A stretch of DNA of 64,000 bases, from NCBI RefSeq assembly GCF_009914755.1, contig NC_060930.1. One strand, 5' to 3'. The translations under genes were made by a program, and so were the position numbers. Below the pieces are notes generated by a model. It searched no databases and had not been told where the DNA came from. It was given only the letters and a program-made list of their open reading frames with translations. Below are positions 28,933 to 53,457 of this stretch, one piece after another (positions within the stretch are counted from its first letter, which is position 1; each line of letters begins with the position of its first letter). This stretch comes from the human T2T-CHM13v2.0 reference genome, Homo sapiens.

Positions 28933-29949
28933 TTAAATTCAGCTACATTTAACACTTTAAGGCCAAAATTTTAAGGTTTACTGACAACAATGTTTAAAGA
29001 TGTTTTTCCTAATAGTCTTATGAAATTATATAAATACTAGCCAGGTGTGGTGGCTCACGCCTGTAATCCCAACACTTTGGGAGGCCGAGGTGGGCGGATC
29101 ACGAGGTCAAGAGATCGAGACCATCCTGGTCAATATGGTGAAACCTGGTCTCTACTAAAAATACAAAAATTAGCTAGGCGTGTGGCACACGCCTGTAGTT
29201 CCAGCTACTCGGGAGGCTGAGGCAGGAGAATAGCTTGAACCTCGGGAGGCGGAGGTTGCAGTGAGCCGAGATTGCACTACTGCACTCCAACCTGGCAACA
29301 GAGTGAAACTCGATCTAAAAAAAACAAAAATTATATAAATACTTCACAGTGTTAAGATAAATTTGAGTAACACTTTTTTTTTTGAGCCAAGGTCTCGCTC
29401 TGTCACCTAGACTGGAGTGCAGTCGTGCAAACACCGCTCACTGCAGCCTCGACCTCCTGGGCTCAAGTGATCTTCTCACGTCAGCCTCCTGAGTAGGAGG
29501 ACTACAGGCCCGCTCCACCACACTCCGCTAATTTTTAACAATTTGTTGCAGAGACAGGGTCTTAACATGTTGCCCAGGCCAGTCTTGAACTCCTGGGCTC
29601 AAGTGATCCTGTGGCCTCAACCTCCCAAAGTGCTAGGATTACAGGTGTGAGCCACCATCCCTGGCCCCTTCTTATTTTAAAGATATAAGATTGCTTAGAA
29701 GAGTCTGACAAGTTAATAGCTTATATCAATTCTGAAAAGATATTTAACAGAGTAAAATTGTTACTATGAATCTGATACTGCCTCACAAGTGTAATTCCCC
29801 CAACCCACAAAAGTCCGTTGATGTTTTCTTATTATTAAAAGAAACAGGGTATCAGTTGGGGCTTAGAAGGCTATTTTATATTGAGATTTTTGTTGACATT
29901 AAAGTCAATTTAACAGCATTTTAAGTCCATACTATTAGGAGTAAGCTAA

Positions 29950-30123
<174 letters not shown>

Positions 30124-30180
30124 TAGTTGTTTCTTTAGATAACAGGTGATCAGTCTTATAAGCTACATTTCTGTAAAAAC

Positions 30181-30273
30181 AAAACAGGTGGTCACAAGCA
30201 AATACTAAGAATTCTGGATCGTGTAAACAAAAACAGGTGGTCACAAGCAAATACTAAGAATTCTGGATCGTGT
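30181..30273. repeat. Perfect 44-nt direct repeat, period 49
   Basis: AAAACAGGTGGTCACAAGCAAATACTAAGAATTCTGGATCGTGT at 30181-30224 and 30230-30273. Confidence 0.95.
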
Positions 30274-32635
30274 CCCTCCATCTACCTCTAAGAAGTAAAT
30301 TTCTAAAATGCATGTAGTACTTATGCATTTGGTTAATAGAATTTTACTCCTAGAGAAGTAATTTTGCTTCTCGCTTCAATTACACATTTTCTGAGGAACT
30401 ACTCACCTTACACAAGCTTTTGCACACAAAAACCAAACAGTAATGAACATGCAAGCAATGTAGTTATAGGACTAAATATTAACTACTGGCTAGGCAGTCT
30501 CTCATGTGAAGAGACTGACCCTTTAATCTACCAACATTCTGAAAGAACCTGAAACCTGACACACAGTAAGTTTTTTTTTTTTTTTTTTTTTTTTTTGAGA
30601 TGGAGTCTCACTCTGTTGCCTAAGCGGGAGTGCAGTTGAGTGATCTTGGCTCACTGCAGCCTCTGCCTCCCAAGTTCAAGTGACTTTCCTGCCTCAGCCT
30701 CCTGAGTGTCTGGGATTACAAGTGCCCACCACCATGCCTGGCTAATTTTTGTAATTTTAGTAGAGACAGGGTTTCACCATGTTGGCCATGCTGGTCTCGA
30801 ACTCCTGACCTCAAGCGATCTGCTCGCCTCAGCCTACCAAAGTGCTGGGATTACAGGCATCAGCCACCGCACCGGCCTCTTTATTTTTTTTTATTTTTTG
30901 AGACAAGAGTCACTCTGTTGCCCAGGCTGGAGTGCAGTGGCACCATCTTGGTTCACTGCAACCTGTCTCCCAGTTTCAAGCGATTCTTCTGCCTCAGCCT
31001 CCTGAGTAGCTGGGATTACAGGGTGTGCCACCACAGCTGGCTAATTTTTGTATTTTAAGTAGAAACGGGATTTCACTATGTTGGCCAGGCTGGTCTCGAA
31101 CCCCTGGCCTCAAATGATCTGCCCCACCCCCCGGAACCTCCCAAAGTGCTGGGATTACAGGCACGAGCCACTGCACCCAGCCTAGATATTTTAATTTGTA
31201 ACCTATTTACTAGTTTATAAACAGATGTAGGTTGAGTATGGTGTTTTGAATTATGTGAACCAAACATATACCTAGGGTATCCTCAATATCCTATTTTCAT
31301 CCAGGGAGTGATTTAAATGCTAAGGTGCATAATCCACATTTAGTACTAGGAAATGTTTTCTAAATATTTAAATAAGAAAAATGAAAGAAGAAATTGACAT
31401 TTGAATGCCTGTCAGGTACTCGGCATTCTGCTACGCATCTTTTTTTTTTTTTTTTTTTTAACCCTAACAACCCAATGGGGCAAATATATCATTTTACAGG
31501 TAAAGAAACTGAGGCTCACAGATGTTAGGTAACTTGTCCAAGGTTGCATAGCTAGTAAATGTGTATAGAATTCAAACTGAATTCTAACTTCAAAATCTGT
31601 AAATGTCTCACTGAACCATTGGTCCTTAAACCCTTGGGAGTCATGGACTTGTTTCAAAATTGTATAAAACTACATCACCTTTCTTTCGAGAAATGCACAC
31701 ACAGTAGTTTGGCATTTCGCTTTACAGAGCCTAGACCTGAAGCTCTGGGTCTATTATGCCACGTGAAGATACCCTGCACCAGACAGTACTGCATTAAGTA
31801 ACATATATCTATCTATACAAGTACCCTACATATTCTACTACCCTGTCTTTGGAAAACAAATCTAATTTTTAAATCTAAGAAATTATAATTTTATTTATTT
31901 TTGAGACAGTGTCTTACTCTGTAGCCCAGGCTTGAGTATAGTGGCACCATCTCGGCTCTCTGCAAACTCCACCTTCCAGGTTCAAGAGATTCTCGCGCCT
32001 CAGCCTCCTGAGTAGCATGCGCCACCATGCCCGGCTAATTTTTTTTGGTATTTTTTAGTAGAGACCTGCTTTCACCATGTTGATCTGCCAACCTCAGCCT
32101 CCCAAAGTGCTGAGACTGCAGGTGTGAGCCACCAGTCAGCCAGAAATTTAATGTAGTTTAGAAGGATTACAAAAGTATTTCTACATACCTTTAAATTTTG
32201 ACTAATTTTGCCTCTGGCAATGGGATCAAAATAAATGCAGCAATTCTTATTTGTAATGCAACAGCATGTCTTAGAACAGTTAGATCTCAAGTAAACTTTA
32301 CAAATAAAGTACTGGAATTAATTTACATTTAAAAATAAATTAGCCCAGTGGCCTAAAATTAAATCCGAGGCTCCAAATAAAAATTTCAGCAAATTCCCCT
32401 ATTATCTGTTAACACCGAAAAATATCAGCTGCTATAAATTATTTGTGCATTATTCCTGGGGAGAAAGCAAGCAAGCCGCTGTCATGGCAGTCTCTATTTT
32501 CTTTGACCCTAACTTATCCTCTATGATCCTGAATAAATGGTAGGTAGTACCCCTGCACTAAACTTGGGAAGTACTTAAATAAATATAGTCTCTTTAAAAG
32601 AACTGATCACAGATGTCTAAAATTAAAACGTTTGA

Positions 32636-32641
32636 TTTATT
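32636..32641 (-). terminator. SRSF12: Candidate SRSF12 poly(A) signal AATAAA
   Basis: TTTATT on the + strand, ~2.6 kb past the stop codon, after an AT-rich UTR-like stretch. Other hexamers exist, so the assignment is tentative. Confidence 0.5.
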
Positions 32642-33007
32642 AATAAACAAAGTATCTCTCTTAAATGGGCCAAGAAACAATTCTATGACAAAAGTGAACC
32701 CTGGAATATAGATATTCCCAGAAGACAATTTTCCAGGATACCCAGCCAAACAATTTTCACCTAGTCACAAAAGTCATTTTCATCGAAGCCTACAGTCATT
32801 CCTTTTTCTAATTCTATTCTCTCATTTTTTTCTAAACATGATTTTAATAAAGCATATACCTGTCAAAGACTTCTCTTTGCAAAAGACATAGGAACAGCAG
32901 TCAGGAAGAGGACTCTGAAGCCCAGTCACTCCACAGATCCAAAGTTTATGGCTGTGTGCCCTTGTAACTTAGCCTCTCTGCATCTGTTTCCTTGTCTGTA
33001 GTGGTAC

Positions 33008-33032
33008 TAGGTTGGCGCAAAAGTAATTGCGG
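33008..33032 (+). mobile_element. Single Hsmar1/MADE1 terminal inverted repeat inside a MIR remnant
   Basis: TAGGTTGGCGCAAAAGTAATTGCGG matches the mariner TIR TTAGGTTGGTGCAAAAGTAATTGCGG with one substitution. Confidence 0.75.
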
Positions 33033-35236
33033 GATATTTACCTCATAAGAGTGTTGATGGTTAAATACAAGAGTGAATAACTTAAGACATATAGAACAGT
33101 GCCAAGCATGTACTAAATGCTCAAAAGAGTTTGAGCTATTATCATTCCAGCTTTTTCATCAAACCAAATGGTATCCTCCTAAGCAGCCCAGGGATTACAA
33201 TGACAAACCTAGTCAGAGGTAAATCAAAGGATTAAATATGTTCAGGAATACAGATATTTGTGAATACAGAGTAAAGATACTATAATCAATCCCTAGTTAT
33301 TATTTTTCACAATGGTACCTAGTTATTATTATTTTTATAGATAAAGGGGTCTTGCTATGTTGCCCAGGCTGGTCTCAAACTCCTGGGCTCAAGCAATCCT
33401 CCTGCCTTGGCCTCCCAAAGTGCTAGGATTACTGGTGTGAGCCACTGTGCCCAGCCCCTAGTTTTTAAAATGATTTCACTTATGTGTATGAACCCAAACA
33501 TTCTGAAAATACTAAAAATTTCTATCAATATCTGTCTTACTCATTCTTCAGATTATCCTTTAGATTTTCAGTAGTGCCACATAATTTTATAACTAAATTT
33601 TATTATAGCGGAATAATTCAAAGAGTTGCAGTTTTGAAATAAATTTTGCTATGATTAGAGAAAATCTATTCAGAAAGTACAATATACATTAATTTATGGC
33701 ACTTGTCCAAATATTACCAGCATACAAATTATTGTTTAAGGCTGTTTCTTACATATGGGATCTAATATGCAAAGAAAACTGGAATTTGTATTCAAAACAA
33801 ATAGAAGCAACACTGGCTCCTATATACTAAAAATATAAGACAGATTTTTTTCTTAAACACTCTGGATACAAATACTAACTGTATGGATTGAGAACTTTGA
33901 AGTTTTCATAATGTAAGTCACAAAGTATACACGTAGAGCTCTATAAATATATCCCCTATAATAATCATATGCAAAACCATTCTATCACAAACACTACCAA
34001 AACCCTTTGAAAAACATAAACTACAACACATTTTCAAAGAAATTATTAGTTATAACAACTACAAAAGCAATAAATATCAATAAAGTTATTTGGCTGTCAG
34101 AAATGAAGGGCAGTATAATGTAAAATTCAAATACTGCAAAGTTGTTTTTTGAAGATGTAGTCTCGAGTTTCTTCTTCTTCTTTTTTTTAAATTTTAGAGA
34201 CAGGATTTCACCATGTTGCCCAGGCTGGTCTCAATCTCCTGGCCTCAAGCAATCTGCCCACCTCGACCTCCCAAAGTGCTGGGATTACAGGAGTGAACCA
34301 CCACGCTTGGCCAAGTTTCTTAATACAAGGTACTAAACACTCTTTCAAAAATAATAAGACTTGTTCCATATAAAGTTGAGCAAGAACTCTAAAAAGAAAA
34401 AATTAAGCAACAGATGAAAAGTAGGTATGTGGAAATAATGGTATCAAATATGATTTTATACAAAATGTACCATTCTTCAAATGTGTAAGTCTTAATATGA
34501 ATATTTTTGGATTGTGAGTGTTGCTCAGCCTAATTTTTAAAGAATTAGTCTCAAACCATTCAAAATCCAGTATTTCTCAAAAGTTCTGATATTACTAATG
34601 TGGTCATGGTGCAGGATGCAATTTCATGTCAACTTACCTATACTGTTCTACCCAATAAAAATATAACCTTTGAGCTTAGGAGAGAATGTATCTTTTGAAT
34701 GTTTGATCTCTATATATATTCTACTTTTTGGAACATCAGAATTTTGTAATATGAACTAATATCCACCAGGAATTGGCCCAAGTTTAAACAGAAGACACAA
34801 AAGAGACATAGGTGTCAAACAGCTTAAGTCTGCTCTATGCAATTATACAGTCATAGTTACTTTTTACATGAAAGTGCTTTAAAGTCAAAAATATTTGTGT
34901 AAAAGGTATTATTAATAGTACTAATACTATGCAAGTAGAATTTTAAAAATTAGTTCCAGTTTACTCATTTCCCTTGAAAAGTACCCTTCTGCCACAATGT
35001 AAATAAAAAATGGTCCATAAAATGGTGACATTAGACAAATCATAATTTGTAGTGTGGGCCCTTTAAATGGAGACCAAATTTTTATTAATCCAAAGCTAGA
35101 GATTTTATTTCTTCCATATGCCCAAAGTAACTAATATCAACTCGCATTTTCTGTATGCCTTAAAGAATTTTTATTTAACATAATGAGAGTTTAATAACTT
35201 ATATTAAAGACGGCGTGGTGCTCTTTCTGTTGCTGT

Positions 35237-35638
<402 letters not shown>

Positions 35639-36021
35639 TCACACAAAATAAGAGATCAGGAAATAACACTTTCAGGAACTTACATACTTTACATAACATT
35701 AGTTATATTTTTACTAGATAAGCTAAAAAAATTTCTCATTTTATTATGCATGCTTTTGGTTCAAACATAAGTAACAAGTTTGTAATATTTGTTATACTAG
35801 AATATATGGCCAAAAATTTTTACTTTGCTAGACATATAGGGATCAGTTCTGAAAAATACACTGCATATTTGGTCTGAGTTATACAGCTCTTAAGAGGTAC
35901 AAAAATCTGAAGAAAAAAAGATTAAAAAAATCAATTATTTACAGTTCAAATAATGCTTATAAAAATAAAAATCTAGATGTAGGACTTTTGGGTCCTGCCA
36001 TGACAGAACAGCTTGTATTAG

Positions 36022-36450
<429 letters not shown>

Positions 36451-36489
36451 TAAAGTGCTGGGATTACAGGCGTGAGCTACCACACCCAG

Positions 36490-39130
<2,641 letters not shown>

Positions 39131-39896
39131 TAGAATATATTCTGGAATAAATTCACAGTCTTTTAGAAATTATTAAATTTCATTCATTTTGTAGACAGCT
39201 GTAGGAAGCAAAATGAAGAAAATGTCCTTGAAAAAAAATCCTAACATAGTAAAAGAAGGACGCTATAATATATTTGGACTAAAGAAAAGGGAGTTGAGGA
39301 GCAATTTTAACACTGTTCAGGAACATTTAGAGTTCTAACATACACATTCCTTGATATAAAGTTAACAAAGATTTACAGAATACCTTTTTTTACATTTTAA
39401 TAATTTATTTATTTATTTGTTGTGAGACAGAGTCTTCCTCTGTTGCCCAGGTTGGAGTGCAGTGGTGCAATCATGGCTCACTGCAGCCTTGACCTACTGG
39501 GCTCAAGGAGTCCTCACACCTCAGTCCACCCTCTCCCTCCCTCCCAGTAGCTGGAACAGGTGTGTGCCACCACACGTGGCTAATTTTTTTTAGTTTTTGT
39601 AGACATGGGGGTCTCACTATGTTGCCCAGGCTGGTCTCTCAAATTCCTGGACTCAAGTGATCTCACCCTGGCCTCCCAGAGTGCTGGGATCACAGGTGTG
39701 AGCCACTGCACCTGGCCATAAGACAGTTTTTAAAATGAGAAAAACTGGTGTCAGGGAGGTTAAGCAATGGTCTTATAACAAGTACAAAGCAGAATAGCAT
39801 TGCCCTGAAAGATGTGGTCCTTCCATCCCTGATACTCCAGGATGATTTGAGACAGTCAAGTATTATACTTTACTTCCACTAGAAGGCAGAAAATGA

Positions 39897-40265
<369 letters not shown>

Positions 40266-40861
40266 TAAGCCACTGCGCCTGGCCTGAATTTTTAGTAGAG
40301 ACAGGATTTCACCATATTGCTCAGGATGGTCTTGAACTCCTGACCTCAAGTAATCCACCCGCCTCGGCCTCCCAAAGTGCTGGGATTACAGGCGTGAGCC
40401 ACCGCACCTGGTCCATATAATTAATTTCTGTTGTGATTCACTATTATTCTAATAGAAATAAACTCCTGGCTAGCAAAATAAATAACTTGAAAATATCTTT
40501 TCCCCTGCCCCCAAATTACTATTTAATATGTCTTCTTCAATACTGCCATACTTGGAATTTATTCTTGATAACTTATCTTTTATAAGTAAATTGATTTACA
40601 TTAACTTTAGTCAACCACCTTTCACAAGGGATTTTATTATATTTCTTTTTTTTTTTTTTTTTTTTTGGAGAGACAGAGTCTCACCATGTTGGCCAGGCTA
40701 GTCTCAAACTCCTGGCCTCAAGTGATACTCCCACCTCAGCCTCCCAAAGTGCTGAGATTATGGCACCTGGACATTTTATTGTATTTCTTACACATTTAAA
40801 CATTTTTAAAGTTGAAGATTACAAACTGTTGGGCACATTTAGGAAAATTTTATTTATCTAA

Positions 40862-41005
<144 letters not shown>

Positions 41006-41378
41006 TGAGTAGCTGGGATTACAGGTGCGTGGCTACCACACCCAGCTAATTTTTGTATTTTTAGTAGAGGCGGGGTTTCATCATGTTGGTCAGTTTGGTC
41101 TCGAACTCCTGACCTCGAGATCTGCCCACCTCAGCCTCTCAAAGTGCTGGGATCATAAGTGTGAGCCACTGCACGCGGCTGAGTATGTATTTTTTTTTAC
41201 TTTTTTTTTCTGCTCACTATATATTATCTTCTCATGTAAAAAGATAAAGTTAAGTCTGTAACTTTAACAGAAGAATTAATCCCATAAACCCAAGTTAAAT
41301 AACAATATATGATAAATAGAGAAGAGTGTTATCTTTTAACAAAAATTGATTATGTTTGTACATTAAGCAAAATGACTA

Positions 41379-41660
<282 letters not shown>

Positions 41661-41761
41661 CTACTGCACTCCAGCCTGGGAAACAATGAGACCCTATCAA
41701 AAAATATATATCTATTTCCCAGAAAAAGTAGAAAATGAAATTTTCAGTCCTCTTGTACTCA

Positions 41762-41971
<210 letters not shown>

Positions 41972-42059
41972 CTAGCAATCATTTACTGAAAGAATTTTAA
42001 ATTAAAAAATCAGTCATCACTGAAACTCATTCTGCTGAATAAATAAAATCTAGCATTCA

Positions 42060-43943
<1,884 letters not shown>

Positions 43944-44039
43944 TTAAAATATTTTGCCTACAGAAATCCACTTGAAACCTTCAAAAGAAAGAACATCATC
44001 TAGACCAGCATTATCTAAAATTGTTTTTTGTAAGAATCA

Positions 44040-44222
<183 letters not shown>

Positions 44223-44968
44223 TCAGCCAGGTGTGGTAGCGTGTGCCTGTAGTCCCAGCTACTCGGGAGGCTGAGGCGGGAGAATCACCTGAGTGAGCAT
44301 GGGGAGGTTGACGCTGCAGTGAGCCAAGATCACACCACTGCACTCCATCCAGCCTGGGTGACAGAGTGAGACCCTGTCTCAAAAAAAAAGAAAACACGAA
44401 AAAAACCTCCCTAGATTCTCAGACCTCTCTTGGAGGTTCTGATTCAGGAAGTATGGATTAGAGGCTGGAAATCTGTATCTTTACAAGCACTCCAGGTGGT
44501 TGTTATGCTTAATTTCCAGAAACACTGACCCAGCATATCCACCTCTGAAAGTTATTATAAGACCTAATAAGTAATTGTTTCACTAAGAACACATTCATTT
44601 TGCTTCACTTTAATTTCATGTTTATGTTAATCTTGTTTTCAGATAGCAAGAATTAGATTCTAAAGAAGTCCTAAAATTATTTATCAGGCTTTAAAGAAAA
44701 ATGGATGTTTTAATATTAAACATAAAACAAAGTAACTACTGTATTCCCAAATCTGACAGGTATTTCGAGCCTGCTTATGTGCCTTCTAGTGCGATTAGGT
44801 GCTTCAGAAGGGGTACCAAAAAAAAGAAACAGCATGATATTCATCTTCATGGAGCTACAATTTAACTGAAGAGACAAAATATTTAGCAATAATAGCTAAC
44901 AGTTACAGTGCATTTATATGTTAGCCAGTGTTCACCTTACAACCACTTAATTCTTACAATTTCCCTGT

Positions 44969-45066
44969 GGTTATTTACAGATGATACAGACAGATTATGG
45001 GTGATACAGACAGAATTTCAGGTTATTTACAGGTAATACAGGCAGATTACAGGTGATACAGACAGA
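44969..45066. repeat. Degenerate tandem repeat (period ~52, ~20-nt GATACAGACAGA subunits)
   Basis: GGTTATTTACAG...GATACAGACAGA occurs twice, inside a MIR-like remnant. Confidence 0.75.
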
Positions 45067-46416
45067 GTAACCTATCTAAGCTCACTGAGCCAGCAAGTGA
45101 CAAAGCTAGAAATCAAATTTTCAGTCTCATACTGGTCCATCTTAACCACTACACCCTACTGCTTCATGGTGCTATCACAGGGATTCAGCATCAAGCTATG
45201 ATCATAAAATGTGGCTCGGGAGAAATAAAGATTCAAAGATGACTAAGAAGCTTCTAGCTTGGACAAATGGAAAAAAGATGGTGTCAGTGACAAAAATTAG
45301 AAGAGAGCTAGATCAAGGAGGAAGAAAAGAGGCAAAAGAAGCAACTTTCAGGTTTAGAAATGCAGTATTTGAGGTGATGGTAGAACACTGATAAGAGTTC
45401 TATAAGCAACAGAAAATTGTGATTATATGCATATTAATTAGTGTGTATTAATATAATTATTAGAAGCCAGTGACTAAGGCTAGAGATGGGGATTTAGAAA
45501 TTACATATAAGATTCAACAAAAATTGACTAAGCATCTACTTTTTGCCAGTAGCTCAGTCAACATTATGACATACTTTATTTCATTTAACACTCATAGAAC
45601 ATGTTTTACTATTAGTTTCTGAGGACAGTGACAATGTCTTTTTTCTTTTACTTATTCAGAATTAAGCAAATATTTATTGAGCACCTACCATGTGCCAGGC
45701 TCTAGGAATATAATGAGAAACAAGAAAAACACAATTCCTGCTCCCACAGACCATAGACTGGCATAAAGAGTCTCAACCTCTCCTGAGTACTGTAATCATC
45801 TGTGAAGGGATGTTACAGACAGAGGCACCCCAACCCGATGCATTAATTCTGGACCTAATTAGTGTTTTCCATAGTGAGGCCCAGTTATGTTTAATTTTTT
45901 CAGGACTTCACAGGCAATTCTGAGACTGAAGGTTAAGAATCACTGCTAAAGCAGGTGTCTTCACCAGCATATCTCTGTACCTAATGTAGCTGCTGGGCAC
46001 ACAGTAGGTACTCAATATATATTTGCCTATCAATGAAAAAAGAATACATTACTGTTACCATTTAAGAGTTAAGGAGACTGAGGGTGAGAGAAGTTACCTT
46101 GCCCAGAGATCTACACAGCCAGTAGTAGAGCTAGGATTCAAATGAAGGTCTTCTGAGACAACCAATCCCATCAACCAAATGTAGTGGCTAAGAGGAAAGG
46201 GATCATAGATAATATAAAAGAGGAGGCTGCAGCACTGTGTGCCACAGAGGTCTGGAGTCTGGAAGCCAAGGGTGATGGGAGTCAGATGGAACAGGTCTTT
46301 TCAAAAGAGCCAATTCCCATTCACTGTCTCCACTCCCTCACCTGTTAGCTGTTGTTTTATTTTTGCACTTTTGGTATGATCTACTTCAATATTCAAAAAA
46401 GTACAGAGAATAATAA

Positions 46417-46542
<126 letters not shown>

Positions 46543-46569
46543 TAAGAGGGTGAAACCCCATCTCTACTA

Positions 46570-46743
<174 letters not shown>

Positions 46744-46810
46744 TTATTTTCTCCGTATTTGACATACTTGCCATAATTTTCAGTATTTTTAAAGAAATAT
46801 TATATCCTTC

Positions 46811-47353
46811 TGTTACCAATGGAGGGTCTTGCCTATGAGTCCTCCAGGTTCTTGGCATTTTTAACAAAGAATTGGACAAAATGCACAAAGCAATGAAAAA
46901 ATGAAGCAATGAAAGCACAGATTTATTGAAATGAAAAGATACTCCACAGAGTGGGAGCAGGCTCAAGCAAGCCACTCAAGTGCATTGGTTACAGAATTTT
47001 CTAGGGTTTAAATACCCTCTAAGGTTTCCCACTGGTTACTCGGTTACACCCTATGTAAATGAAGACTTGGCCCACCACCAGTCTGGTGGAGGGAGGCGAC
47101 CAATTAGAGGCTGAAGCAAAGCTACAAAGTTACACATGAAGACTTGGCCTGGGACCAGTCTGATTGGTTGTAGGAGGGGACCAGTCAGAGGTACTTTCCA
47201 TTTTTTATCTGTAATACAGTGCAAAGGGAGTAGCCTCTGATCCTTTTGTTACTTGGGTGTAGAGAGGTGGAGTTCTCCTTTTGATTCAGTTCTAGGAAGT
47301 CACTGTGAATCGGCCTTAGGTTCCCTGCCTCCAGACCCTATTCTCCTGCTTCA
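46811..47353 (-). mobile_element. MER51-like ERV1 solo LTR in SRSF12 intron 1 (sense to gene)
   Basis: Reverse complement begins TGAAGCAGGAGAATAGGGTCTGGAGGCAGGGAACCTAAGGCCGATTCAC and ends ...GGTAACA; AATAAA at 46927-46922. Confidence 0.8.
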
Positions 47354-47395
47354 GTATCACTAGCAAAGAAATTGGTAGGCTGGAGGGTATGCCTA

Positions 47396-47590
<195 letters not shown>

Positions 47591-47705
47591 CTACAAAAAA
47601 TAAAAAAAAATTAGCTGGGCGTGGTGTCTATAATCCCAGCTACTTAGGAGGCTGAGGAAGAAGAATCACTTGAGCCCAGGAGTTTGAGACTGCACTGAGC
47701 TATGA

Positions 47706-47957
<252 letters not shown>

Positions 47958-47959
47958 TA

Positions 47960-48793
<834 letters not shown>

Positions 48794-49188
48794 TGAACCG
48801 CCCGCCTCGGCCTCCCAAAGTGCTGGAATTACAGGCACGAGCCACCTCTCCCGGCCTAAAACTTATTTTTAAAATTTCTTTAGTTCTTGTGTTCAATTTC
48901 ATTTCTGTCAAATTTTACACTAATTCACAAAGCCTTTTAGTGTCTTCTGCTTTTAATTTCTTAAAAATTTGTTTTGTTTTAAAACATTCTTAGTAAATAA
49001 AATTTGAAAAATATTTGAAAAAAGGAAGAAGAAAAGTAAGTCCTACTGTCCAAATTAATTTCTTTCTAGTCTCATTTTCTTTTCTTTCTTTTTTTTTTTT
49101 TTTTGGAGACAGGGTCTCGCTCTGTTGCCCAGGCTGCAGTGCAGTGGTGATATCATAACTTGCTCCAACCTTGAACTCCAGTACCTAG

Positions 49189-49341
<153 letters not shown>

Positions 49342-49401
49342 TGAGCCTGGCCCTAGTCTCATTTTCCATATATAGCTTTTTCCTTTTTTCATTTTTTAAT
49401 A

Positions 49402-49757
49402 TAGTTATGCACCACATAACAATGTTTCAGTCAATGATGAACCATATATATCATGGTGGCCCCATAATCTTATAACAAAGCTGTCCTAGACAGGTGTACC
49501 TTTTAAAAAATCTTTTACACCATATTTTTAGTGTCTTTTCTATGTTTAGATACATGTAGGTAAATGTCTTAAAATTGCCTGCGGTATTCAGTATTGTAAC
49601 ATGCTGTACAGGTATGTAGCCTAGAAGCAACGGGCCACACCACATAGCCTAGGTGTGTAGCTGGCTTTACTATGTAGTAGGTTTGGGTTTGTACAACAAC
49701 AAAATCACCAAATGGATTTGTCAGAACCTATCTCTGTCCTTAACTGATGCATGACTG
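49402..49757 (-). mobile_element. Tigger3a/MER7A-type MITE
   Basis: TIR-like ends TAGTTATGCA... and ...TGCATGACTG flanked by TA dinucleotides; internal ACATGCTGTACAGGT..GTAGCCTAG motif. Confidence 0.75.
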
Positions 49758-50052
49758 TAACTGAAATCATGCTGCATATATAATTTTACATATGTTTTAT
49801 TTAACATTTTATCCCAATGATTTATTTTTTTTTGAGACACAATTTCACTCTGTCACCCAGGCTGGAGTGCAGTGGCCGGTATTGGCTCACTGCAACCTCT
49901 GCCTCCCAGGTTCATGCGATTCTTCTGCCTCAGCCTCCCTAGTAGCTGGGACTACAGGCGAGTGCCACCACGCCCAGCTAATTTTTATATTTTTAGTAGA
50001 CACAGGGTTTCACCATATTGGCCAGGCTGGTCTCGAACTCCTGACCTCGTGA

Positions 50053-50265
<213 letters not shown>

Positions 50266-50773
50266 TAAGCATACTAAATGTTAAAGCCTATTTATTTATT
50301 TATTTTTGAGACAGAGTCTCACTCTCACCCCCGGAGTGCAGTGGTGCCATCTTGACTCACTGCAGCCTCGACCACCTGGGCTCAGGCGATCCTCCCACGT
50401 CAGCCTCTCAAATAGCTGAACTACAGGTGCGCACTACCACACCTGGCTAATTTTTGTATTTTTTGGTGAGACAGGGTTTTGCTATGTTTCCCTGGCTGGT
50501 TTCAAACTCCTGAGCTTAAGTGATCTACCCACCTCAGCCTCCAAATGTGCTGGGATTACAGGCATTAGCCACTGTGCCCTATCTTTAAAGCTAATTTTAA
50601 AAGTGTCTACATGTCACATTGCTAGTTAACTTATACTGTATACTACTTTGTACTAAAAGGTTAATACAGATTACATGTGATGATTCTAATTTCATATCAT
50701 CACTCACCTGCTATTCGATCTTAGGCAAAATACTTAACCTAAACGTTGATTTCTCATCGGTAAAATGGGGTTA

Positions 50774-51182
<409 letters not shown>

Positions 51183-51329
51183 TTAGAGATTTCATTCATG
51201 TAATATAATCTTGTAGATTTTGATTGTCTGCCAGTGGCAAAGCTAAAAAAAAAAAAAAGTGAAAAAATGGAAAAGGAAATCAGTCAATCTCAACTATCAG
51301 TCTCAATCACTCACTGGTGAATGAAGTAC

Positions 51330-52890
<1,561 letters not shown>

Positions 52891-53079
52891 ATTTTTCTAC
52901 AGACACCCTGAAGAGGCTTGATGCTTATTCCATTTTCAAGTTGTCTGTTCAACTGCAAGGTTTTTTAATTCTGCCCAAATCATAAATTATGTTCGTGTTT
53001 TCTATGTAATATATTGATAAAAAGGCTGACAGAAGAAATGTAAACAAGGCACCTTTTAGATGTTAACTAAGATATATTA

Positions 53080-53457
<378 letters not shown>

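Noticed and set aside
30181-30273. CRISPR-like repeat-spacer pattern
   Set aside because: Eukaryotic DNA, only two copies, 5-nt gap; a simple tandem duplication.
46802-46809. ATATCCTT U12-donor-like octamer
   Set aside because: On the strand opposite SRSF12, with no associated exon or branch site.
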